Assembly: GCF_006345805.1 (NCBI RefSeq)
Contig: NC_042999.1
Location: 11,346,001 to 11,410,000 of the forward strand
Source of the DNA: Octopus sinensis
Taxonomy: Eukaryota
Reading direction: 5' to 3'
Length of the DNA stretch: 64,000 bases
Every line of letters begins with the position of its first letter. The stretch's first letter is position 1. Shown piece by piece: positions 53,590 through 64,000 of the stretch. The position numbers and the translations under genes are program-made. Below the pieces are notes generated by a model. It saw nothing but the letters and a program-made list of their open reading frames with translations. It ran no database searches and had not been told where the DNA came from.

Positions 53590-53890
53590 GGCTGTTGATT
53601 TGTAGACGAGCATGACCATCACTGACAAATCATCTTAAATGTTAAAGGGAATGGCTGTCAGCAATGGCCATGTTGAAATTTAGAGTTGATAACACTTTGC
53701 ACATCACTGCTTAGATTCTCATCTTTGTAAAGCGAAATAGTTCGGAAAGAAGCAAAATCTCCAGCTTCCGCAATGAGATGGGCGCTGGTTTGGAATTCCT
53801 TTCTCCCAGAAAGGTGTCTAAACAAAGAGTAGAGATCTCTCACACCTATCAATTTGGTTGGCAGCTGACTCTCCTCAATCAAGCAACCCC
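53590..53890 (-). mobile_element. Probable LINE 3' remnant (homolog of 3510-3800)
   Basis: See the 3510-3800 entry. Confidence 0.5.
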
Positions 53891-54153
53891 TTCTTGCTTT
53901 TTCATGTCATCATCATCATCATCATCATTTAACGTCCGCTTTCCATGCTAGCATGGGTTGGACCATGTAAAGTACTTTATTTGAAGATGGTCTTCACACA
54001 TTGAACCAAGGACAAACATTTTTGTTTATGGAAGACATTAAACTTTGTCACAGGGGAAACACACAGAAACACACATACATGCACACACACACACACACAG
54101 AAGACTAAAAGAGAGTGTCAGTCATTGAATCTTCCAAAACAGGGCATCCTTAC

Positions 54154-54385
54154 CCATTGCTGCAGATTTTGTGAGGTTCATATGGACTTTACTACATTCA
54201 TCCAGAACTGCTTGCATTTCTGCAAGAGTTGCAGTCGATTTAGGTCCAAAGATCATTTCACAAGCTTTCTTAGTGGCTAAAGTGTTCGGTCGAATCGTCT
54301 CTGTCCGTCCATGTTTAAAAGCTGCGGTGCTACAGGATTCATAAGATGCAGCAAATTCACCGGACGTCATTTTGTAGAAAGCCAT
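54154..54385 (-). CDS. CPT2: CPT2 exon (MAFYKM...YESCSTAAFKHGRTETIRP...HMNLTKSAAMG)
   Basis: ttcaag| acceptor and G|gtaagg donor; 232 nt, phase 0-1. YESCSTAAFKHGRTETIRP is a CPT2-diagnostic motif. Confidence 0.97.
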
Positions 54386-54554
54386 CTTGAAGAGAGGAAA
54401 ATATAAGAATGTGAAACAAGTTAGGAAGAAAGGCAATGAATTGAATGAAAGGAATGAAGACAATGTATTGAATGAGAAGATGTGTGAATGAATGAGTGCA
54501 TGGCTGAGAAGCTCACCAGGGTTTGTGCCTTTAGTAGAAAGGATTATTATTATT

Positions 54555-54836
54555 ATTGCAGCGTGGAAGGTGTTTATAAGCCATTTAAGAAACACACAAA
54601 ACCATTAGATTCACTTCAACATTTTAATTTAATTTGTGTCCAAATATTTTTGTCGCTTTGAGACCGTGACCTGTTCACTGACAAAACTTTGTGCTGCAAG
54701 AAGTTTTGTCAGTGAACAGATCGCGGTCTCAAAGCGACGAAAATATTTGGACACAAATTAAATTAAAATGTTGAAGTGAATCTAATGGGTTTTGTGTGTT
54801 TCTTAAATGGCTTATAAACACCTTCCACACTGCAAT
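54555..54836. mobile_element. Near-perfect 282-bp palindromic element in a CPT2 intron
   Basis: attgcagcgtggaagg...ccttccacactgcaat; arms of about 135 bp with a short loop near 54690. Confidence 0.88.
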
Positions 54837-54897
54837 TGTTTTCGTTCCAGCACACAATCTCAGATCAAGTCACTCGCTATGCAAGTACATCTCCGTA

Positions 54898-54930
<33 letters not shown>

Positions 54931-54962
54931 AAATATCTTTATTTTCCACAAAATAGTCTCAC

Positions 54963-55132
54963 CTGAATCACCAACTGCATCACTGAATCAGGGCTCAGAT
55001 TCTTTGATTTTATAAAACTTTTGTTAAACTTTTTATAATCAATGACATTCTTCTGTAAACGTCGATGGGCTTCCTGGAACTGTTCTTTGGCATTTGTAAT
55101 TTTGGCTTTGAGTTTGGCGTCTAATTGGAAAT
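54963..55132 (-). CDS. CPT2: CPT2 exon (DFQLDAKLKAKITNAKEQF...KNLSPDSVMQLVIQ), not shown in its true frame in the ORF track
   Basis: ctttgcttag| acceptor and CAG|gtgag donor; 170 nt, phase 1-0. LSPDSVMQLVIQ corresponds to the family motif SPDAxxQLAxQ. Confidence 0.93.
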
Positions 55133-55231
55133 CTAAGCAAAGGAACAGAAAAATAACTGGCTTCAGTTAATTTCTTTAAAATTTGTGAATAAAAGAAAAG
55201 GTGAAGAGGTGACATTTCTACAGACAGGCCG

Positions 55232-55615
55232 AGCCATGGCGGCTGTGTGGTCAAGCAGTTTGCTTCCCAACCACATGGTTCCAGGTCCAGTCTCCCTACT
55301 GTATAGAACCTGGGGCTTATACTATAGCCAGGGGCCAACAAAAGCCTTGTGAGTGGATTTGGTAGACGGAAACTGAAAGAAGCCTCTTGTACATGTGTGT
55401 GTGTGTGTCTTTGTACTTGTGTTTGATCCCCTTGACAAACAGTGTTGATGAGTTTATGCCCCAAAACTTAGCAGTTTGGCAAAAGAGACTGATAGAATAA
55501 GTACCAGGCTTTCAAAGAATAGATAAGTTCTGAGGTTGATTCATTTGACTAAACTTCTACAAGGTGATGCCCCAGCATGGCCACAGTCTAATGACTGAAA
55601 GAAGTAAAATTAAAG
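55232..55615 (+). mobile_element. tRNA-derived SINE family A (diverged)
   Basis: Colinear with 27534-27948. Confidence 0.8.
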
Positions 55616-56614
55616 AGTAACACCATTATTCATTAACTGTTTCGGTGGTGGTGTGGAGGGGGGGGTTGATTTGTTGACGAGACAAGGATTCCAGAGCAAT
55701 TAGGAAAGCAGTAATCATTGTCATCATCATCATCATCATTGTCATAATGTTTGCTTTTGCCTGCTTCCATGGGTCAGACAGAGTTTATTGTGGCAGATTG
55801 TGAAAGGAGGTTCCTTTAGAACCCTCATGAGATGTCATGACAAAGACATATACATGGGCTTCTTTCAGTTTCCAGTTCCCAAATCTATTTGCAAAGCTTT
55901 GCGGACCCCAGGGTTATAATAGAAGACATTTGCTCAAGACTGAACCTGAGACCACATGGTTGGGAAGCAAGCCTCTTGACCCCACAGCCATGCCTGTGCC
56001 TCAACTCATTCTACAGGGGGAAGACTCTGTATTCTGTTGCCAAGGCAACCTGTTTAGGAGGTCTTTTTTGGTTTCAGTCCTGAAAGAGAACATCTCCAAT
56101 GTTGGAAGCCAGACAAAATGTATTCAAAGCAATATTGTAAACTGGTTGATGACAGGAAGGGCTTCCAGCAGTTGAACCCTTCCAAAAATATGATGGCAAA
56201 CCCTAACTGCATATTCAGGGCTGATACTTACCATGTTGCACAGGGGAGGAGTTCAGTTGGAAATATATGGCTTTACATAAGAAAACCCCATCAAATCGTC
56301 ACACAAACCCTTTTTTTTTCGTTTGTAGAAAACTGACAACTGACCACCACCGAAGAATACCTTACTGTCAGGTAACAAAACTTTAGACATGATCAACAGC
56401 ATTCCTTTCATGACCATTCATTCAAATTTTATGACATGGCACAGTGTATCTAGGACTACATCATGCAATTAGTCCTGTCCGTTTTCTTTTTTTTTCTTTT
56501 AGTAAAATGTAATTCTCTCATTTGACAGTCCACTGGGTCTTCAAAGGGCTGCTACACATTTCATACACAGAGCACAAAACAAACAGCAAATCAACTGACA
56601 GGAACCACCCTTAC

Positions 56615-57150
56615 ATCATCGTTTAACGTCCGTTTTCCATGCTGGCATGGGTTGGACAGTTCGAGTGGGGTCTGGGAAGCCAGATGGCTGCACCAGGCTC
56701 CAGTCTGATCTGGCAGTGTTTCTACAGCTGGATGCCCTTCCTAACGCCAACCACTCCATGAGTGTAGTGGGTGCTTTTACGTGCCACTGGCACAGGTGCC
56801 AGGGGAAGCTGACAACAGCCATGATCGTTTGGTGCTTTTTACATGCCACCGGCATGGAAGCCAGTCAAGGCAGTGCTGGCACTGGCCATGTTCAGATGGT
56901 GCTTTTCCGTGCCACTGGCATGAGGATCACAACTACAATTTCCATTTGATTTTTATTTTGATGTACTTGACTCAATAGGTCTCCTCAAGCATGGCATGTC
57001 GCCCTACAATCCAAAGTACTTTGGATGGGCTGAGGCTGGTGCAGGAAACAGCCATGAACTCACATTATTTGTTGGGTCTTCACAGTCACAGCATATCTCC
57101 AGAGGTCTTGGTCTTTCATTATTGCCTCTTTGAGGCCCAACGTTCGAAGG
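56615..57150 (-). mobile_element. RTE 3' fragment
   Basis: catcatcgtttaacgtccg...; same 3' UTR as the other copies. Confidence 0.85.
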
Positions 57151-57159
57151 TCATGCTTG

Positions 57160-57400
57160 TGAAAAGACGACAGCTTGCCTGGTACAGCCATGTATCCCAC
57201 AACAACTCACAGTCCAAAATCACTCTTTGGGGACACAGTTGAGGGACAGTAAAAGAGAAGCAGACGGAGAAAATCCTGGTTTCACAACATCAAGGACTGA
57301 ACGGGTCACAACACTGCGAACCTGCTTCACAGGACAGAGAAGAGGGGTCAATGTTCACAGCAGACTATGAAAGCATCCAGGTGGCACCCAATGACTGGCT
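57160..57400 (+). mobile_element. RTE-clade LINE C-terminal fragment of a different subfamily
   Basis: VKRRQLAWYSHVSH...ITLWG.VEG..KR.R.RKSW motif. Confidence 0.6.
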
Positions 57401-58213
57401 GGGCAGCATCCACTAAGGGATCTTGATGATGGTGAGAATGCACTAGATGAGAATTTAGCCATTATTTCTAACAGAGCCTGGAGAGTTGACCTCATCATGG
57501 AAGTTGCCAGTGAAATGACACGGGCAACACTTGTTCAAGGCCACCAGACAAGTTATACAAAAATAGTCCAGTCTTGGCAAGAACTGTGTCTCATACTTTC
57601 CCTTATTGTTTTCATTTAAAATCACAAAGGTCATTCACAACCCAGGATCCATGAAACCCTTCAAACTTATTTCATAACAAAAACGAGATTTGAGAAGATC
57701 GACCAAACTATTTCTCACCGATATTTTATTTTTTCAGTCTTTAGCAATTTCCTTCTTAATTAACCTATTGAATATTGTTTTATTTAAAATATTCTCCAGT
57801 CATTCATCTCTCTCCAACCTATGATACTGGTTTATCCAGTTATGTCACACACCCATGGCATTCCTTGCAACTAACATTAATCCCACTCAGTTTTTTTTTA
57901 TATTCTGTATTTTAAAACTGAGAAGTATAACAGGTGTTCTTACCACACCCAGAAACTACTCAAGCAGAAAGTTTTTAAAATGTCAACACTGAATATTAAA
58001 ACTTCTACATGGAAGGGAACACACTTCTGATCCTAGAATGAGACAATTGGGCACAGCTGGTTTGGCACTGGTGATTTGGCATGGCTCACAGGATATTCAG
58101 CCTGTTTTGGTGATGGGACTTTTCAGTGCTGGTGGCAAACACACTTGCACACAACTAATATACACATAGAGATAGATGTAGTGAGAGAGAGAGAGAGAGA
58201 GACAGAGAGAGAC

Positions 58214-58269
<56 letters not shown>

Positions 58270-58994
58270 TAGAATTTATTAATTGAATATGATTGACATA
58301 AACACTTTTCCTTCTCCTCAAATGCTTAACGAGAGAGGGATAGATAGACAGACAGACAGACAGAGAGAAAGAGATGGAGAGATAGAAGCATTACCATTTA
58401 TGAATTGAACATAATTGACATAAAAACCTTGCTTCTCCTCAAATGCATAAAGTGAAATACAGGGACACAAACAGAGGAGGGGGGGACGAGGGACAAAATT
58501 AAGATGTCTTCTGATCACATAAATCAACATGAAATCGGCACCAGTAAATTGGGGCCACCAGGAAAGCTGCACCACAACTTTTGAAACCCTTCCATCCCAC
58601 ATTCCAAACAACCACAACAACCCAGATTCCTCAGCAACACTTGGCAAAAGTCTTCAGAGATTTTACTCCAGCATCCCCCCCCCCAGCTCTCAATTCATAA
58701 AAATGGAAAACATTTACACCAAAACAGCAACATCAATTGTCCCAAACTCAGTGTTTGGTTATTAATCAGAATTAATTCTAAGAAACTCAAGTTGTGATGC
58801 TGTGAACAGAGACAGAACAGATGGAGCATGACTTAATGGGCACATAAGGAACATGGTTTATAGAATGAGTAAGCATAGGAGGTGCAAGATGAGTACACAT
58901 TCTAGGCTTGGTGACAGGCAATGAGTAAAATAATGCTACACACAAAGAATTATAAACAGAGGAAAAGGAGGAGTGTGTACACACACACACATAT

Positions 58995-59545
58995 ATCATC
59001 ATCATCATCTAGCATCTGCTTTCCATGCTGGTATGAGTTAGAGAGCTTGACAGGAACTGGTAAGCCAGAGGGCTACACCAGGTTCCAGTCTGATTTTCGC
59101 TTGGTTCCCACAGCTGGATGCCACTCCAAGAGTGTAGTGGGTGCCTTTTATGTGTCACCAGAATGGATGCCTTTTACACGTCACTGCCACCAGCCACAAT
59201 TATGATTTCCCTTGGCTTGAAGAGTCTTCTCAAGCACAGCAAATGTCTCGGTCACTTGTCATCACCTCATTGAGGCCCAATATTTAAAGGTCATGCTTCA
59301 CCACCTTGCCCCCTGGCTTCCTGGGTCTACTTCTACCACAAGTTCCCTCCACAGTCGGAGACTGGCACTTCTTTACACAGCTGTCCTCATCCATATGCAT
59401 CACATGACCACACAGTCGTCTCTCTTGCACATCACATCACATCGAATGCCTCTTATGCTTAACTTTTCTCTCAAGATGCTTACACTCTGTCCTACATGCA
59501 CACTGACATTGCACATCCAGTGGAGCATACTAGAGTCGATTCTTT
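58995..59545 (-). mobile_element. RTE 3' fragment
   Basis: RRLKRIDSSMLHWMCNVSVH...LREKLSIRGIR. Confidence 0.8.
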
Positions 59546-59908
59546 TAAGCCTTCGCACGTCCAAGACAGACAGACAGACAAAACAACAGAGAGAAGGGGT
59601 CTGAATTTCCATAATACAAAATCAATATGGAGAATAATTTTGTTTTCTTTTAACATTTTAAATATTTGTTTTAATTTTAATCTAAGGTAATAAATAATTT
59701 TCTTTTCCAAATTAGTATCCATTTCATCACATTTTGTATAAACACCAAGAAATTTTATAAAAGTGAAATTATAATGATTGTATTGTCTGCCAGATTTCCT
59801 GATATGGGAAGCCATGGTGGTGAAAGAAGACTTGCAAAGTTGCATGTCGTCATACAATGGGTGATATTCTAGTAATGGGATAAAGACACAGATAATTAAC
59901 CTTCTTAC

Positions 59909-60108
59909 CTAAGTGTTTCACAAGTTTTGAAGAATCTGTTGCTGATGATGGCATTGTGTCAGGCCCAACAACCGGTCGGTCAATGGTGTCTTTCATGACA
60001 TCGTTGATGTAACGCAGGACAGCCACACCATCACCCCAGGAGTGTTCAAAGGTGACAGCTGCTCTACCATCACTGGACACGACTGGGTTGATGGATTTAT
60101 CGAACCAC
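59909..60108 (-). CDS. CPT2: CPT2 exon carrying the catalytic His (WFDKS...FEHSWGDGVAVLRY...LVKHL)
   Basis: cgcag| acceptor and G|gtaag donor; 200 nt, phase 2-1. FEHSWGDG is the CPT2 catalytic histidine motif. Confidence 0.95.
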
Positions 60109-60344
60109 CTGCGATGAGGAAAGGAAACAGGATTGAGTTGATGTAATTAAGGGCTTCATTTGATTGTGATTAAAAAAAAAATTGCTTTGCAACTATGGGA
60201 TTTGAAGTTCAATCCCACTGCACAGCACTTCCAGTTAGAGTCTTCTTTTATAACCCTGAGCAGGCAAATGGCTTCTGAAGGAATTTGGTACACACACAGG
60301 AATGCAGAAACTGTGCATGACCATCATGTATGTATGTATGTATA

Positions 60345-61231
60345 TAACATCATCATCTTCATTTAACATCCATGGTCCATGCTGGTATGGGGTGGACAGC
60401 TTGAACAGGGCTGGCAAGGTTGGAAGGCTGCACCAGACTCCAGTCTGATTTAACATGGTTTCTATGGCTGGATGCCCTTCCTAATGCCAACCTCTCCCAG
60501 AGTGTAATAGGTGCTTTTACATGCCACTGACACAGGTGCCATTTGCATGACACCTGTATCTGTCATGATTGCAATCTTGCTCAGCTTGATGGGTCTTCTT
60601 CAATACCACAATTCTCACTCATTGCCTCCATGACGCTGAACATTCTTTACCTTGGTGAGGCCTAACACTCAAAAGGTGCTTTTAAATGGGCCAGTAATAA
60701 GGCACCAGCATCAGCCACGACTATGATTTCACTTGGCTTGATGGGTCTTTTTCTCAAGCACAGCATATCTCCAAAGGTCTTGGTCACTAGCCATTGCTTC
60801 TGTGAGGTCTTAAGTTCAAAGATCATGCTTCACTACCTCCTCCTATGTCTTCCTGGGTCTACCTCTTCCACAGGTTCCCTCCACAATTACTGATTGGCAC
60901 TTCTTCACACAGCTCTCCTCATCCATACGCAGCACATGACCACACCAACACAGTCGTCTCTCTCGCACACCACATCTGATACCTCTTATGCTTAACTTTT
61001 CTCTCAAAATACTTACACTCTGTCTTGTATGCACACTGACATTACACATCCAGTGAAGCAAACTAGCTTCATTCCTTTCAAGCCCATGCATGCCCTCGGC
61101 TGTCCCACCCTATTTCAGTGTCATGTGGCATAGCTGTTCGTATACAAGCATCAAACAATCTGCCTTTCATTCAGAGAGGCCCTTTGTTGCCAGCAGAGGT
61201 AGGAACTCTCTGAACTTTGCCCAGCCTAATC
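60345..61231 (-). mobile_element. 5'-truncated RTE LINE between (TA)-rich tracts
   Basis: LERNEASLLHWMCNVSVH...GRGRPRKT; 5' end abuts catatatata. Confidence 0.87.
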
Positions 61232-61487
61232 ATATATATATATATATACATACACACACAAATATATGATAGTCTTATCTACATACATATATGTATGTAT
61301 GTATGTATAACTTTCAAGAGATTTCTTGTGCAAGGCTGGAACAATGTGAAAAGGTAAAAAGTAAACTACAAAAGGAAAAGAAAACAGAAGAACAAAGTTG
61401 CAGTTTTTTCCTTGTATTTCTATATTTCAGGGTGACAACACTTGCTTCAAGACATTTGGAAAAAACAATGGATGTAAAAAGTCATTG

Positions 61488-62262
61488 CTCAAAGGTCTCA
61501 ATCACTAGTCATTGCCTCGGTGAGGCCGAATGTTCGAAGGCTGTGCTTCACCACCTCACGACCTTCAAACATTAGGAGGTCATGAGGTGGTGAAGCACGA
61601 CATTCGAACATTAGGCCTCACCGAGGCAATGACTAGTGACTGACACCTTTGGAATATGCTGTGCTTGAGAAGACCCGGCAAGCCAAGTGAGACCGTAACC
61701 TCGTGGCTTATGCCAGGGGTGTAACCAGTCCACTTATGCATACCCTTCCTTCATTGGACACTAAACTCTGCTTGCAAAGACTTGTTGAGGTAAGTGAAAT
61801 TGAAATCAAATTCAATGACTGGCATTCATGCTTGTGGAGCGCTAAGAGCACCATCCAAACGTGATCATTGCCAGAGCAGCTAACTGGCTTCCGTGCTGGT
61901 GGCACATAAAAAGCACCATTCGGGTGTGATTGTTACCAGTGACACCTTACTGGCACGTGAAAAAACTTTTGAGTGAGGTCGTTGCCAGTGCCGCTGGACT
62001 GGTTCCTGTGCAGGTGGCACATAAAAAACACCATTTGAATGTGGCCGTTGCCAGTACTGCCTGACTGACCCTCATGCCAGTGGCACGTAAAAGCACCCAC
62101 TACACTCTCGGAGTGGTTTGCATTAGGAAGGGCATCCAGCTGTAGAAACTCTGCCAGATCAGATTGGAGCCTGGTGCAGCCATCTGGTTCACCAGTCCTC
62201 AGTCAAATCGTCCAACCCATGCTAGCATGGAAAGCGGACGTTAAATGATGATCATGATGATA
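61488..62262 (+). mobile_element. RTE 3' fragment with a fold-back inverted duplication at its 5' end
   Basis: 61488-61564 is the reverse complement of 61576-61652; ends gttaaatgatgatcatgatgatatata. Confidence 0.8.
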
Positions 62263-63114
62263 TATATATATTCAAAAATGAATGAGAAGCAGCCCTAAGG
62301 ATATAAACAATATCAAACACACAAACGCAATGTATGTGCTTTGCCAGTTCATGAGCAGATTATAGGCAAAAGAGACTATATTCTCTTAACTGGCAAAAAA
62401 CATACCTTCTTGCATATTGATGATGATGATGATGATATATATATACACTAGGGGAAGTCTGAGTTTCCCAGAAATGGAGTTTTGTTTCATGGGTTTTTTT
62501 TCTCTCTGTTATTTCGCATGTTTTCAAAAATTGTGACATTAAAATCACATGTAAATGGCTCCTTTCCCCAGAAAAGGAAAGATTTGGTTGCTGTTTCTTG
62601 CACGCCCTGCTACCATGTAACAGGTATTTTGGGTCCTTTATCACAAATAGCTGTTATGTGGTAGCAGGGTGTGCTAAAAATAGCAGCCAAATCTTTGGAG
62701 GTGATACGTTGAATGCACTTGAAAGAAACTATTTCACTTCGAGGTTACGAACGAGTCTTTTACAAAATATTTACCATATTTTTAAAATCATTTTCACTTT
62801 AAAATATTTTGCCCATCATAATGTGTCTAATGGAGAGGTTAGAGTTTCTCTCCTTTCGGGGTTAAGTTATCTTTGGAGTATTTCCATGATGCACCATTTT
62901 GGGTATTTATACTCCAAAACCCTGAATATCTCAACTACTGGCCCAATTTCTATGAAACTTGTTTTATTCCATTCGTATTCATATTTCAGGGGCACTTTAC
63001 TGTCAAAGTATTTTCCCATTATGCACCAGTTTCATTGTGTAACATTGCAAGCAAGATTGAAATTCACTTTTAATGTATTTTAGCAGAGGTCGGTGAACAA
63101 CCAACATATATATA

Positions 63115-63258
63115 TATATAACTTAGAAAAAGAACTAACTTTTATCAATTCAAAATGAAAAATTAAACTACACCATCTATTATATGTAATTTTCTAGATG
63201 GTGTAATTTAATTTTTCATTTTGAATTGATAAAAGGTGGTTTTTTCTAATTTATATAT
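63115..63258. mobile_element. Small AT-rich palindromic MITE-like element in a CPT2 intron
   Basis: Arms of about 60 bp (ttttatcaattcaaaatgaaaaattaaa..caccatcta / tagatggtg..tttaatttttcattttgaattgataaaag) flanked by TA. Confidence 0.75.
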
Positions 63259-63749
63259 ACATATTATATTTTGTGAAATTTAATTTAGTATTTCTAAATT
63301 GAATTTTTCCCTGTAAGGTTGGAATAATATTCCCTCATATTATTATTTTATATATATATATATATCAACAACTGGAGTTGGTTTATTTATGTCTTTGTAG
63401 CCTAGTGGTTCAACAAAAGAGAGTGATAGAATAAGTATGTGACCAGAAACCAATAAGCACTAGCACCAATTTGTTTGACTAAATCCTTTGCACATGTTTA
63501 GGACTTCTCTTTCCTGCAAATGCCAATGCTACAAGAACCCTTCCACTGAATGATCCCACACACGTAACACCTTTTATTATTTTATTATATTTTAGAAGAA
63601 TCGCATCAAAACCTTTGTACATTTTCCATCTTCAGATTCAGATAAATAAAACTGTTGACCCCCACCCCCCACCCCCCCGGTCAGATTCCCACCATCTTAA
63701 GCAACCACCAAGAGGAGTCACAGACAAAAACCTAGAAACGTTTACCCAC

Positions 63750-63870
63750 CTGTTGGAGCCATCTCCATGCAGATAAGTTTCCAGTATTTCGTCTGATGTT
63801 GACGGTGAATGATGGTCCAATGACAAAGCAAACAAAGCTCCGTCGACTTCTCTCAGGATTTCTTCATTCC
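63750..63870 (-). CDS. CPT2: CPT2 internal exon (NEEILREVDGALFALSLD...ETYLHGDGSNR)
   Basis: ttccag| acceptor and AG|gtgggt donor; 121 nt, phase 1-2. LHGDGSNRW is the conserved carnitine acyltransferase motif. Confidence 0.92.
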
Positions 63871-64000
63871 CTGGAATAATGTATAATGTATAAGATGATG
63901 GTGATGATGATGATGGTTTTTGTGGTGGCAGTGGTGGTGGGGATGTGAATGTTTTCATTTTGGGGACCAATGTCTAAACAAAACACTTGAGTTGTTGAGT

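Noticed and set aside
54143-54160. CPT2 donor region GCAATGG|gtaaggatgcc resembles the minisatellite core gcaatgggtaag(t)gatgcc
   Set aside because: The match is short, on the opposite strand and partly the splice consensus. The minisatellite is fully explained by the CR1 sequence, so this is treated as coincidence.
58318-58647. Extra CPT2 exon (AFEEKQGFYVNYVQF...)
   Set aside because: Exons 60108-59909 and 55132-54963 already join in phase with colinear CPT2 homology; this segment is a local duplication.
63638-63749. ORF-track extension VNVSRFLSVTPLGG... after GSNRW, and the N-terminal PPP/SSS part of ORF 63638-63970
   Set aside because: Both are intronic read-through outside the splice-defined exon 63870-63750.

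Overview
AT-rich, repeat-dense animal genomic DNA. The SINE/LINE and microsatellite landscape resembles Octopus (inference). Two spliced genes can be reconstructed by hand with GT/AG sites and consistent codon phase. (1) A + strand MEI4-like meiotic double-strand-break gene: 4 coding exons, 35731-49142, about 356 aa. (2) The last six coding exons of a - strand CPT2 (carnitine O-palmitoyltransferase 2), 63870 down to stop at 51782; its 5' part lies beyond the window. The two genes are convergent. I could not identify a gene in bases 1-35000, which are dominated by RTE and CR1 LINE remnants, tRNA-headed SINEs and microsatellites. The most notable structures are a 40-bp minisatellite amplified from a CR1 RT coding segment in MEI4 intron 3, a 1.35-kb foldback element with a 6-bp TSD upstream of MEI4, an R4/Dong-type restriction-like-endonuclease retrotransposon embedded in (TAA)n, and several palindromic MITE-like hairpins. 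Most long ORFs in the supplied track are low-complexity artefacts. No prokaryote-type or clearly new multi-gene system is supported. All family calls come from remembered motifs, not from database searches.
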